Shown piece after piece: positions 7,147 through 15,860 of a stretch of DNA of 64,000 nt. Below the pieces are notes generated by a model, which saw nothing but the letters and a program-made list of their open reading frames with translations, did no database searches and was not told where the DNA came from. The DNA is from Dehalococcoidia bacterium. GTDB lineage: Bacteria > Chloroflexota > Dehalococcoidia > UBA2979. How positions within the stretch are numbered: position 1 is the stretch's first letter; each line of letters starts with the position of its first letter. The translations under genes and the position numbers were made by a program. The stretch spans positions 2,086,028 through 2,150,027 of the forward strand of contig CBDBMD010000003.1 of NCBI GenBank assembly GCA_965207415.1, given 5' to 3'.

Positions 7147-9429
7147 TCAGTTGCAGAACGGCAGCCCAAGCGCGGCAAGGTCATTGTTCGGCCTGCCCCG
7201 CAACTCGACAGGTATGCAGCCGCTCAGCTCATTGCCCCTGAGAAGCAGCACTTGCAGGTTGCGAAGGGCGCCCAGTTCGGGCGGGATCGGCCCGCTCAAC
7301 TGGTTGTCGCGGAGATACAGCTCTCGCAGGTTGCTGAGGCCGCCTAACTCGGGCGGGATCGGCCCGCTCAACTGGTTGTCGCGGAGATCCAGGTCTAGCA
7401 GGTTGCTGAGGCCACCCAGCTCAGCCGGGATCGGCCCGCTCAACTCGTTGCCCCCGAGATCTAGGTCTTGCAGGTTGCTGAGGCCACCCAGCTCGGCCGG
7501 AATCGGCCCGCTCAACTGGTTGCCCCCGAGATCCAGGTCTTGCAGGTTGCTGAGTGCGCCCAACTTGGCCGGGATCGGCCCGCTCAACTCGTTGCCCCCG
7601 AGATCCAGGTCTTGCAGGTTGCTGAGGCCACCCAGCTCAGCCGGAATCGGCCCGCTCAGTTGGTTCTCGCCAAGATTCAGCAGGTCGAGGGTGGCGAGGC
7701 CGCCCAGCTCCGCCGGGATCGGCCCGCTCAGTTGGTTCTCGCCAAGATTCAGCAGGTCGAGGGTGGTGAGGCCGCCCAGCTCCGCCGGGATCGGCCCGCT
7801 CAGTTGGTTCTCGCCAAGATTCAGCAGGTCGAGGGTGGCGAGGCCGCCCAGCTCCGCCGGGATCGGCCCGCTCAGTTGGTTCTCGCCAAGATTCAGCAGG
7901 TCGAGGGTGGTGAGGCCGCCCAACTCGGCCGGAATCGGCCCGCTCAACTGGTTGGTCTCGAGCCGCAGCGTCACCAGCTTGGCAAGGTCGCCGAGCTCGG
8001 CCGGAATCGGCCCGCTCAACTGGTTGGTCTCGAGCCGCAGCGTCACCAGCTTGGCAAGGTTGCCGAGCTCGGGCGGGATCGGCCCGCTCAGCTGGTTGTT
8101 GTAGAGCTCCAACTCTGTCAGGTGGGGAAGGCCGCCGAGTTCAGGCGGGATCGGCCCACTCAACTGGTTGTTGTAGAGCTCCAACTCTGTCAGGTGGGGA
8201 AGGCCGCCGAGTTCAGGCGGGATCGGCCCACTCAACTGGTTGTCTTCGAGCCACAGGGCCACCAGATTGGCGAGGCCGCCCAGCTCGGCCGGGATCGGCC
8301 CGCTCAACTGGTTGCTCGCGAGATGCAGCTGTTCCAGATTGCCGAGGTCTCCCAGCTCGGCCGGGATCGGCCCACTCAACTGGTTCTTGTTGAGATACAG
8401 CAGTTCAAGGCGGATGAGGCCGCCCAGCTCACCCGGAATCCGTCCGCTCAACTGGTTGCTGTTGAGATCCAGTATTTCCAGATCGCTGAGGCCGCCCAGC
8501 TCGGCCGGGATCGGCCCACTCAGCTGGTTGTGGGAGAGGTCCAGCCATTCCAACTGGATGAGTCTAATCAACTCAGCAGGGATCGGCCCGCTCAGCTGGT
8601 TGTGGGAGAAGTCCAGCCATTCCAACTGGATGAGTCTAGTCAACTCAGCAGGGATCGGCCCGCTCAACTCGTTGAAGTGGAGAGCCAGCCATCGCAGGTT
8701 CGTGAGGCCGCCGAGTTCAGCCGGAATCGGTCCGCGCAAATGGTTCCCGATCAGAATCAGCTCTATGACCCGACCGCCGTCAGCGGTGACACCGTGCCAC
8801 TCGCCGATCGGTCGGTCGGTCAGCCAGTTCGTGGTGTTCGCCCAGTCCGGTCCACCCGTCGCCTCGTAGAGCGCGACAAGGGCGGCTCGGTCCGAGGCGA
8901 CCGAGCCCGGTGCAGGTGTCACGTCTGGGGTCGACGTCGACGTTGGTGTGGCCGTCGGCGTGGGCGTAGCTATCGAAGTCGGGGACGGCGTCGGGGTGGC
9001 CGTCGGAGTCGGAGTAGGCGCGGCTGTGGCTGTCGCCGGCGGCGCCTGCGCGAGCTGCTGCTCGCTGCCATCGAGGTCAGCGAGGACGATGAGCACGACC
9101 GCCACCGCGGCCACCGCCGCCGTGCCGGCCGCCGCCACGCCCGCCCACACGAGCACGCGCCCGAGGGGTTCGAGCGCCCCGGGCAGCGCGAGCAGCCCGA
9201 ACAGCCGCCGCCGCGGCTCGGGACGCCAGGCGGCGAGCTGCCCGCGGTTCTCGAGTCCCAGCTTCCCGAGCATGTTCGAGATGTGGAACTTGACCGCGTC
9301 GAGGGTGACGCCGAGCCGCACCGCGATCTCGGCGTTCGTGCCGCCTCGGCGCAGCTCTTCGAGCACGCGCAGCTCGGCCGGGGTGAGGATGCCGGGATGT
9401 GGCGGGCGGCCCCGCCCTCGCTGCGTCAT
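7147..9429 (-). CDS. Membrane-anchored one-component regulator: N-terminal LuxR-type HTH, single TM helix, extracellular plant-type LRR domain (about 22 repeats)
   Basis: N-terminus LTPAELRVLEELRRGGTNAEIAVRLGVTLDAVKFHISNMLGKLGLENRGQLAAW matches the LuxR/FixJ HTH. The hydrophobic span VLVWAGVAAAGTAAVAAVAVVLIVLA follows, then a Thr/Pro linker. An LRRNT-like cap (GSVASDRAALVALYEATGGPDWANTTNWLTDRPIGEWHGVT) and LxxLxLxxNQLSGPIPxELGxL repeats come next. The C-terminal cap is LSGCIPVELRG..NDLAALGLPFCN. Confidence 0.8.
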   Translation of the reverse strand: MTQRGRGRPPHPGILTPAELRVLEELRRGGTNAEIAVRLGVTLDAVKFHISNMLGKLGLENRGQLAAWRPEPRRRLFGLLALPGALEPLGRVLVWAGVAAAGTAAVAAVAVVLIVLADLDGSEQQLAQAPPATATAAPTPTPTATPTPSPTSIATPTPTATPTSTSTPDVTPAPGSVASDRAALVALYEATGGPDWANTTNWLTDRPIGEWHGVTADGGRVIELILIGNHLRGPIPAELGGLTNLRWLALHFNELSGPIPAELTRLIQLEWLDFSHNQLSGPIPAELIRLIQLEWLDLSHNQLSGPIPAELGGLSDLEILDLNSNQLSGRIPGELGGLIRLELLYLNKNQLSGPIPAELGDLGNLEQLHLASNQLSGPIPAELGGLANLVALWLEDNQLSGPIPPELGGLPHLTELELYNNQLSGPIPPELGGLPHLTELELYNNQLSGPIPPELGNLAKLVTLRLETNQLSGPIPAELGDLAKLVTLRLETNQLSGPIPAELGGLTTLDLLNLGENQLSGPIPAELGGLATLDLLNLGENQLSGPIPAELGGLTTLDLLNLGENQLSGPIPAELGGLATLDLLNLGENQLSGPIPAELGGLSNLQDLDLGGNELSGPIPAKLGALSNLQDLDLGGNQLSGPIPAELGGLSNLQDLDLGGNELSGPIPAELGGLSNLLDLDLRDNQLSGPIPPELGGLSNLRELYLRDNQLSGPIPPELGALRNLQVLLLRGNELSGCIPVELRGRPNNDLAALGLPFCN
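7400..8700 (-). repeat. Near-identical 72/144-bp tandem repeats inside the LRR array (recent repeat expansion)
   Basis: Several consecutive LRR units are nearly identical at nucleotide level (for example ETNQLSGPIPAELGDLAKLVTLRL x2, GENQLSGPIPAELGGL(T/A)TLDLLNL x4, GGN(E/Q)LSGPIPA(E/K)LG(G/A)LSNLQDLDL x3). Confidence 0.75.
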
Positions 9430-9574
9430 GCATCGAGTCTAGGAGCCGCTACCGCCGAATTTCACTACCCGACGACCTTTCGGCTCTTGCCCCACCACCG
9501 CCCCCGGCCCCAACCCGAGCCGGTGGTAGCATGGAGCGCGCGCCGCGAGGGCGCGCGAGACGGCTGGGGGCGAG

Positions 9575-11059
9575 ATGCACGACGTGGTGGTCGTCGGCGC
9601 TGGAAACGCGGCGCTCTGCGCCGCGCTGGCGGCGCAGGAGGCGGGCGCGAGCGTGCTCGTCCTCGAGAAAGCCAGCGAGGACGAGCGCGGCGGCAATACC
9701 TTCTTCACCGGCGGCGGCTTCCGCTTCCCCTACAACGGCATCGACGACATCGTCACGCTCATCCCGGACCTCACCGAGAGCGAGCTCGACCGCATCGAGG
9801 TCGGCGAGTACACCGAGGCCGCGATGCGCGAGGACCTGATGCGCGTCAGCGAGGGTCTCGCCGACGAGCAACTGACCGACCACCTGGTGCGCAACTCCTT
9901 CGACACCATGCAGTGGATGCGCGAACGCCTCGACGTGCGCTGGGTGCTGATGTACGGCCGCCAGGCCTACGAGGTGGAGGGCAAGCTGCGCTTCTGGGGC
10001 GGCCTGATCGTCGAGGCCGTCGGCGCCGGCAAGGGCCTCTCCGACTCGCTCTTCGCCGCCGCCGACCACCACGGCGTCGACGTGCGCTACGGCACGAAGG
10101 CCGTCGGCCTCGTGATGGACGACGCCGGCAACGTGCACGGCGTGCAGGCACGCGGCCCCAACGGCCTCGAGACCATCGACGCGCGCGCCGTGGTGATGGC
10201 AGCAGGTGGCTTCGAGGCGAACACGGAGATGCGCACCCGCTACATGGGCCCCGGCTGGGAACTGGCGAAGGTGCGCGGCACCCGTCACAACACCGGCGAG
10301 GGCATCCGCATGGCTCTCGACGTCGGAGCGCAGTCGCACGGCCACTGGTCCTCGGGGCACGCGGTCGCCTGGGATCTGAACGCGCCGCCGACGGGCAACC
10401 GCATCGTCGGCGACCTCTACCAGAAGCACTCCTACCCGCTGGGCCTGATCGTCAACATCGAGGGCGAGCGCTTCGTCGACGAGGGCGCGGACATGCGCAA
10501 CTACACCTACGCCAAGTACGGGCGCGAGATCCTGCGCCAGCCCTACGGCGTCGCCTTCCAGCTCTTCGACCAGAAGACCGTGCCGATCCTGCGCGACGAG
10601 TACCGCATCCGCGAGATCACGAAGGGCGAGGGTCAGACCATCGGCGAGCTGGCCGACGACCTCGGCATCGATCGCGAGGGGCTGGAGCGCACGGTCGCCG
10701 AGTTCAACGCCGCCTGTCAGCCGGGCGAGTTCAACCCGGCCGCCCTCGACGGCGTCAGCACCGAGGGCATCGAGCCGCCGAAGTCGAACTGGGCGATCCC
10801 GCTCGACGAGCCGCCCTACTTCGGCGTCGCCGTGACCTGCGGCATCACGTTCACCTTCGGCGGCCTGCGCATCGACCACCGCAGCGCGCAGGTGCTCGAC
10901 ACGGAGCTCGAGGCGATTCCCGGGCTCTACGCCGCCGGCGAGCTGGTCGGCGGGCTCTTCTACCACAACTACGCCGGCGGGACGGGGCTGATGTCCGGCG
11001 CGGTCTTCGGCCGCACGGCCGGGCGCGCCGCCGCCGAGGCGGTTCTCGGCGAGGGGTAG
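9575..11059 (+). CDS. FAD-dependent oxidoreductase, TcuA/fumarate-reductase-flavoprotein-like
   Basis: N-terminal dinucleotide-binding motif VVVVGAGNAALCAALAAQEAG and a C-terminal flavoprotein motif (GLYAAGELVGGLFYHNYAGGTGL). It is divergent from the LuxR-LRR gene. Confidence 0.75.
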   Translation: MHDVVVVGAGNAALCAALAAQEAGASVLVLEKASEDERGGNTFFTGGGFRFPYNGIDDIVTLIPDLTESELDRIEVGEYTEAAMREDLMRVSEGLADEQLTDHLVRNSFDTMQWMRERLDVRWVLMYGRQAYEVEGKLRFWGGLIVEAVGAGKGLSDSLFAAADHHGVDVRYGTKAVGLVMDDAGNVHGVQARGPNGLETIDARAVVMAAGGFEANTEMRTRYMGPGWELAKVRGTRHNTGEGIRMALDVGAQSHGHWSSGHAVAWDLNAPPTGNRIVGDLYQKHSYPLGLIVNIEGERFVDEGADMRNYTYAKYGREILRQPYGVAFQLFDQKTVPILRDEYRIREITKGEGQTIGELADDLGIDREGLERTVAEFNAACQPGEFNPAALDGVSTEGIEPPKSNWAIPLDEPPYFGVAVTCGITFTFGGLRIDHRSAQVLDTELEAIPGLYAAGELVGGLFYHNYAGGTGLMSGAVFGRTAGRAAAEAVLGEG

Positions 11060-11062
11060 CCG

Positions 11063-11248
11063 ATGCTCTACTTCCTCGCGATCATCGCGCCGCCGATCGC
11101 CGTGCTGGCAGTAGGGCGCCCCTGGCTGTCACTGCTGAACCTGATCCTGACGGTCGCCGGCTGGATTCCCGGCGTCATCCACGCGGTCCTCGTGATCAAC
11201 GAGCACAAGGCGGACCAGCGGGCCGCCCGCTACGGCCCGCAAGAGTAG
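11063..11248 (+). CDS. YqaE/Pmp3-family small membrane proteolipid
   Basis: 61 aa with two TM segments (MLYFLAIIAPPIAVLAVGRPWLSLLNLILTVAGWIPGVIHAV). It sits 4 bp after the preceding gene. Confidence 0.75.
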   Translation: MLYFLAIIAPPIAVLAVGRPWLSLLNLILTVAGWIPGVIHAVLVINEHKADQRAARYGPQE

Positions 11249-11291
11249 TCTCGGCGGCGATTCGCCGGGGCCCCGAGGAAGGACCACGGCG

Positions 11292-12308
11292 ATGCCCAAT
11301 GCCCCACGGCTCGGCGCGTTCGCGGCGCTCGCTCTGGCGGCGGCGCTCGCGACCTTCCCCGGCTGCTCCGGCGACGACGAGAGCGAGGCGCCAGCGACGC
11401 CCACCGCAACCGGCACCGCGACCCCGACCGCCTCACCTGTCGTGACGCCCTCGCCCTCGCCGACGCCAACGCTCGAGCCCGCAACCGCGACCCCGGTGGC
11501 GACCGCCGGGGCGGACCCGCCGTCCGGCGACGGCGAAGGCCTGCTGCCGCCGGAGCAACAGGCGCAGGTGGTGCGCCTGCTGCTCGACGCGATGAGCGAT
11601 CCAGATTCCGAGCTGTTCTCGGGCTCGATCGACGCGCTGCCGCCGGCGCTGCGGGCGCTGTTCGACGCACTCGGCGCCGACCTGCTGCTGGGCGTGATCA
11701 TCGCCGAGCTGGGAGGCTCGGGAACGGTCGTCGCCGTCCTCCCCGGCTCGCCCGCCGAGCGCGCGGGCCTTGTCGAGGGCGACCAGATCACCGCAGTCGA
11801 CGACACGCCCGTCGCGAGCGACGCGGAGCTGCGCGCCGCCATCGAGGCCGTCGCCGAGGGCGCGGCCTATGTGCTGACGGTCAGGCGCGGCGGTGCGCCC
11901 GGGCTGGTGGACCTCGAGCGCGAGGCGGCGTCCGAAGGCGACGCCTGGCGCGCGGAGCTGCTGCGCGCCGTGGCGCTCGCGCTGGTGCTGCAGGGCGCTC
12001 CGGGCGGCCCGGAAGTGCCGCCGTCGCTGCTCGGCGAGCTGGTCGAGGAGACGCCAGACGGGCTGCGCGTCTTCGCGGTCTTCCCCGGCTCACCCGCGGA
12101 CGCGGGCGGCATCCTCCCCGGCGACCAGCTGCTCTCGATCGATGGCCGCGCCCTCAGGACCATCGCCGACCTCGAGGAGTTGATGCGCTCGGGCGCGCCC
12201 CCGATCGGGCCGACCGAGGTCGTTGTGCTCCGCGACGGGGAGGAGCTGACGCTGGAGATCGACCTCGCCGCCGGCGGCATGCTCGGCGGCGGCGCGGCGA
12301 CACAGTAG
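11292..12308 (+). CDS. Lipoprotein with two PDZ domains
   Basis: Lipobox LATFPGCSG and a Pro/Thr/Ala linker. Two PDZ-like segments (GTVVAVLPGSPAERAGLVEGDQITAVDDTPV and GLRVFAVFPGSPADAGGILPGDQLLSIDGRAL). Confidence 0.7.
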   Translation: MPNAPRLGAFAALALAAALATFPGCSGDDESEAPATPTATGTATPTASPVVTPSPSPTPTLEPATATPVATAGADPPSGDGEGLLPPEQQAQVVRLLLDAMSDPDSELFSGSIDALPPALRALFDALGADLLLGVIIAELGGSGTVVAVLPGSPAERAGLVEGDQITAVDDTPVASDAELRAAIEAVAEGAAYVLTVRRGGAPGLVDLEREAASEGDAWRAELLRAVALALVLQGAPGGPEVPPSLLGELVEETPDGLRVFAVFPGSPADAGGILPGDQLLSIDGRALRTIADLEELMRSGAPPIGPTEVVVLRDGEELTLEIDLAAGGMLGGGAATQ

Positions 12309-12341
12309 GCGACTGCGAGGCACGGCGAGCGCCTGTCGCTC

Positions 12342-13499
12342 TCAGGCGAGGGTTTCGTTCACGATCGAGAGGCCCTGCCGGAGCTGGGCGCGCCAGTCTT
12401 GCCGGGGATGGCGGATCGCGTTCGTGCAGACGCGGAAGAGGCACACGCCCTCGCGCAGGGCGAGATCGCGTTCGCTCCACTCGAATCGATCGAGCGCAGC
12501 CTGCCGGAAGTCCGCGTGGTACGCACCGGCCGCCGGTGCGTCACGCCTGCGCCCGAAGTGCGAGGCCCAGCGCAGGTGCCCGAGGAAGTTGCCCACGTCG
12601 AGCAGTGGATCGCCCGGTCCCGCCTCCTCGAAATCGACCAGCGCAATCCGGCCGTCGGGCAGGACCAGCATCTGGTCGTCGTAGAAGTCGTTGTGCGCGA
12701 TGCCCGACGGCTCCCATGACTCGACGAACGGATCGAGCACCCCCATGGCCGCCTTGAGCTCGCGCAGCGCCGCGTCGTCGGTGGCGGCCTTGTGCCGGAA
12801 GCTCCGCTTCGCCCGGCGGTACGCGCCGGCGAGGTTGAACGGGCGCCCGCCCTCGGACTCGCGGGGCGCAGCCCAGAGGCTCTCAAGCGCGTCGAGGAGC
12901 ACGCCGGGGTCCGGGCCCCTTCCCGCCCGAATGCGCTGTCGCAGGTTCCTGCCCGGAATCTCCGACATCCACAGCACGGCGCCGTCCCGCCAGTGCCCGG
13001 CCAGCCTCGGTACGACGAACCTCGAGCGCCCGGCGAGGTTCCTGGCCGCGAGCAGCGGCTCTACTGCGTCGGGGCGCATCGCTCGCGCGTAGAAGCGCGC
13101 CTTGCCCACGCGGTGGCGCAGCACGGCGCGGCTCGCCGGGCGGTAGCGAACCAGCTCCACGCGCACGCGCCGCGCCGGGATCGCCAGCACGTGCTGGTTG
13201 AGCAGCCGCAGCGCACCGTCGGGGTGAGCGGCCTCGGCCAGGCCGGGCAGGGTGCGGTCCTCGGGGTACTGGAACAGCTCGGCCGGCTGGCCGCGCTCGA
13301 TCCTGATCGTGAAGACCTGCGAGGGCAGGTAGTCGTCCTCGTGCCACTGCGCCTCGTAGCTGACCTGGGCGGTTCGGCCGGGGCTGTGGCTCAGTTCGCG
13401 CACGCGAATCCGCTGAGGACTGACCTCCTGCCTGCCGTTCCGCTGCTCGTAGGCGCCCCAGATCCACTCGGGGTCGTAGAGCCCGGGCAGCTCCGGCAA
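12342..13499 (-). CDS. Phosphotransferase (APH/choline-kinase-like) family protein; start codon uncertain
   Basis: The C-terminal half carries kinase-like catalytic motifs (GIAHNDFYDDQMLVLPDGRIALVDFEEAGPGDPLLDVGNFLGHL). There is no ATG upstream of the domain; a TTG near 13499 is a candidate. The T/R-rich 5-prime part of the track ORF 12342..14609 is an off-frame read of the repeat gene. Confidence 0.55.
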   Translation of the reverse strand: MPELPGLYDPEWIWGAYEQRNGRQEVSPQRIRVRELSHSPGRTAQVSYEAQWHEDDYLPSQVFTIRIERGQPAELFQYPEDRTLPGLAEAAHPDGALRLLNQHVLAIPARRVRVELVRYRPASRAVLRHRVGKARFYARAMRPDAVEPLLAARNLAGRSRFVVPRLAGHWRDGAVLWMSEIPGRNLRQRIRAGRGPDPGVLLDALESLWAAPRESEGGRPFNLAGAYRRAKRSFRHKAATDDAALRELKAAMGVLDPFVESWEPSGIAHNDFYDDQMLVLPDGRIALVDFEEAGPGDPLLDVGNFLGHLRWASHFGRRRDAPAAGAYHADFRQAALDRFEWSERDLALREGVCLFRVCTNAIRHPRQDWRAQLRQGLSIVNETLA

Positions 13500-13572
13500 C
13501 GCGGGGTCGTTGGGGAACTCGACCGGCGGGTAGAGCGGAGCGACCGCTGGCGAGGCGGCCGACGCCCCCCGC

Positions 13573-15189
13573 TCAGCTGCTGACGTCGTCACTGTCGTCA
13601 CTGTCCTCGTCGCTTCCGGTCTCCGGCGTGGGCGTGTCGATGCCGTCCGAGTCCGTGCCGTCGTTGTCCGTCGGCGTCGGCGTGTCGATGCCGTCTGAGT
13701 CGGTACCGTCGTTGTCTGTCGGCGTCGGCGTGTCGATGCCGTCCGAGTCCGTGCCGTCGTTGTCCGTCGGCGTTGGCGTATCGATGCCGTCCGAGTCCGT
13801 GCCGTCGTTGTCCGTCGGCGTCGGCGTGTCGATGCCGTCGTGGTCGGTGTTGGCCTCGGTGTCGAAGCCGTCGCCATCCGTCGTCGGCGTGTCGAACCCG
13901 TCGTTGTCCGTCGTCGTCGGCGTCGGCGTGTCGATGCCGTCGTGGTCGGTGTTGGCCTCGGTGTCGAAGCCGTCGCCATCCGTCGTCGGCGTGTCGAACC
14001 CGTCGTTGTCCGTCGTCGTCGGCGTCGGCGTGTCGATGCCGTCGTGGTCGCTGTTGGCCTCGGTGTCGAAGCCATCACCATCCGTCGTCGGCGTATCGAA
14101 CCCGTCGTTGTCCGTCGTCGTCGGCGTCGGCGTGTCGATGCCGTCGTGGTCGGTGTTGGCCTCGGTGTCGAAGCCATCGCCATCCGTCGTCGGCGTGTCG
14201 AACCCGTCGTTGTCCGTCGTCGTCGGCGTCGGCGTGTCGATGCCGTCGTGGTCGGTGTTGGCCTCGGTGTCGAAGCCATCGCCATCCGTCGTCGGCGTGT
14301 CGAACCCGTCGTTGTCCGTCGTCGTCGGCGTTGGCGTGTCGATGCCGTCGTGGTCGGTGTTGGCCTCGGTGTCGAAGCCGTCGCCATCCGTCGTCGGCGT
14401 GTCGAACCCGTCGTTGTCCGTCGCGTCCTGGAGTCCCTGTTGCAGGCGCACGACCGGCTCGGGCGTGTCGATGCCGTCCGAGTCCGTGCCGTCGTTGTCC
14501 GTCGGCGTGGGTGTGTCGATGCCATCCGAGTCCGTGCCGTCGTTGTCCGTCGGGGTCGGGGTGTCGATGCCGTCGTAGTCGGTGTACGGGGTGTTGACGC
14601 CGTCGCCATCGGTCGAGGGGGTATCGACGCCGTCGTAGTCCGTGTAGGCGGTGGCGACGCCGTCGTCGTCGGTCAGCGGTGTATCGACGCCGTCGTAGTC
14701 CGTGTACGGCGTCGCGAACCCGTCGTTGTCGGTGTACGGCGTGTCGATCCCATCCTCGTCGGTGTAAGGGGTGTCGATGCCATCGCGGTCCGTGTCGGGC
14801 GTGTCGATGCCGTCGTCATCGGTTGGAGTCGGGGTGTCGACGCCCTCTGCGTCGGTCGGAGGAGTGCTGAAGCCGTCGTAGTCGGTGTACGGAGTATCGA
14901 CGCCATCGTCGTCGGTGTCGGGCGTGTCGATCCCGTCGTAGTCGGTCTCGGGCGTGTCGTAGCCATCGTCGTCGGTGGGCGTCGGCGTGTCGTCATCATC
15001 GTCGTCGTCGTCACCACTGTCGTCATCGTCACCAGCAAGCATCACGGCGATACGCGATAGCAGGGCAGCGTAGTCCGTGGTGTCGTTCACGTCGCCCGGC
15101 ACGCCGGCTCCCACGCCGCGCGACACCATGGCGAGCGCCAGCACGAGCGAGAGCGTGAGCGACAGCAGCTTGAGGGCACGAGACCGCAT
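13573..15189 (-). CDS. Secreted, highly acidic tandem-repeat protein with Ca-binding-like D-x-D-G-x-D motifs (TSP type-3-like)
   Basis: ATG at 15189 with a GGGAGG RBS 8 nt upstream. Signal peptide MRSRALKLLSLTLSLVLALAMVS. Then poly-Asp and dozens of DTPxTDxDGxDTP repeats (34-aa and 16-aa units). The stop lies about 70 bp before the kinase-like gene. Confidence 0.7.
   Translation of the reverse strand: MRSRALKLLSLTLSLVLALAMVSRGVGAGVPGDVNDTTDYAALLSRIAVMLAGDDDDSGDDDDDDDDTPTPTDDDGYDTPETDYDGIDTPDTDDDGVDTPYTDYDGFSTPPTDAEGVDTPTPTDDDGIDTPDTDRDGIDTPYTDEDGIDTPYTDNDGFATPYTDYDGVDTPLTDDDGVATAYTDYDGVDTPSTDGDGVNTPYTDYDGIDTPTPTDNDGTDSDGIDTPTPTDNDGTDSDGIDTPEPVVRLQQGLQDATDNDGFDTPTTDGDGFDTEANTDHDGIDTPTPTTTDNDGFDTPTTDGDGFDTEANTDHDGIDTPTPTTTDNDGFDTPTTDGDGFDTEANTDHDGIDTPTPTTTDNDGFDTPTTDGDGFDTEANSDHDGIDTPTPTTTDNDGFDTPTTDGDGFDTEANTDHDGIDTPTPTTTDNDGFDTPTTDGDGFDTEANTDHDGIDTPTPTDNDGTDSDGIDTPTPTDNDGTDSDGIDTPTPTDNDGTDSDGIDTPTPTDNDGTDSDGIDTPTPETGSDEDSDDSDDVSS
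13600..14600 (-). repeat. Coding tandem repeats (102-bp and 48-bp units)
   Basis: Repeated GTCGATGCCGTC... blocks are visible by eye. They generate the spurious plus-strand ORFs 13628..14578, 13773..14597 and 13840..15060. Confidence 0.85.
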
Positions 15190-15436
15190 CGGAACGACCT
15201 CCCGCAGGACCGGTTCGCCGGGCCGTAGCGCCGACTGGGCTCTGATGGCCCGCCTCCGGAAGTTGGTCGGAGCACAATAGCACCGGGAACATAACAAATC
15301 TATTGGATACGGCAGATCTCGCCATCACGTTCTCGTGACAGAGGTGATTGCATGCCCCACCGCAGGGGCTCCCGGAGCAGCGCGTTGTTCGCGCCCCAAT
15401 CGGAGGGGAGCCTGCGACAGCCGGAGGCAAAGAAGG

Positions 15437-15468
15437 GGGAGGGGGCGGCGAGGATGCCGCCCCCTCCC
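15437..15468. promoter_or_regulatory. Perfect 13-bp inverted repeat (GGGAGGGGGCGGC-gaggat-GCCGCCCCCTCCC) in a 670-bp divergent intergenic region
   Basis: Read directly from the sequence. No T-run follows on either strand, so it is not a canonical terminator. It lies upstream of the CoA-transferase pair and 5-prime of the acidic repeat gene. Confidence 0.4.
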
Positions 15469-15860
15469 TTCGAGGTCCCGGGAGCGGGGAGCCCGGGGTT
15501 GAAGATTGCTTCGTGTCAGAAGCCGGTAGGGCCGCCTCCCGTCCCGTCACCCACGACGGCGCGGCGGCGGCGCCGGGGAGGAGGGGGAGCAGGCTGCTTC
15601 GTGGCTGGGTCGAAGCGACTCGCACTGGCGTTCCTCCCCTGGCGGCTGCGCGGGCCCCCGCCGCGTTCGAACAGGGAAGAGTGTGCGAGCGCTTCGTTAA
15701 GGCGATGTTCAGATTAGATTAGCAACGCGTTTAAGCATTTTCGGATTGGGATCGCAGCCTTCGAGGGCGCCCCACGCCCCCGGCCGCTTGACAGCCTCAC
15801 GCCGCTTGCCGAGGCTCACGCGAGAGCGGAGCGCACGGGCGGCCCGGACGGAGAGCGCGG

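Noticed and set aside
9449-10966. 505-aa minus ORF antisense to the TcuA-like gene
   Set aside because: The sense-strand product has clear FAD-binding motifs. The antisense ORF is compositionally biased.
12342-15060. 755-aa T/R-rich minus ORF (12342..14609) and three long plus ORFs over 13628..15060
   Set aside because: Alternative-frame reads of the acidic tandem-repeat gene. Only the 3-prime third of 12342..14609 (kinase-like) is protein-like.
15660-15680. tRNA-like T-loop (GCGTTCGAAC)
   Set aside because: No acceptor or anticodon arms can be formed around it. Isolated motif in GC-rich DNA.
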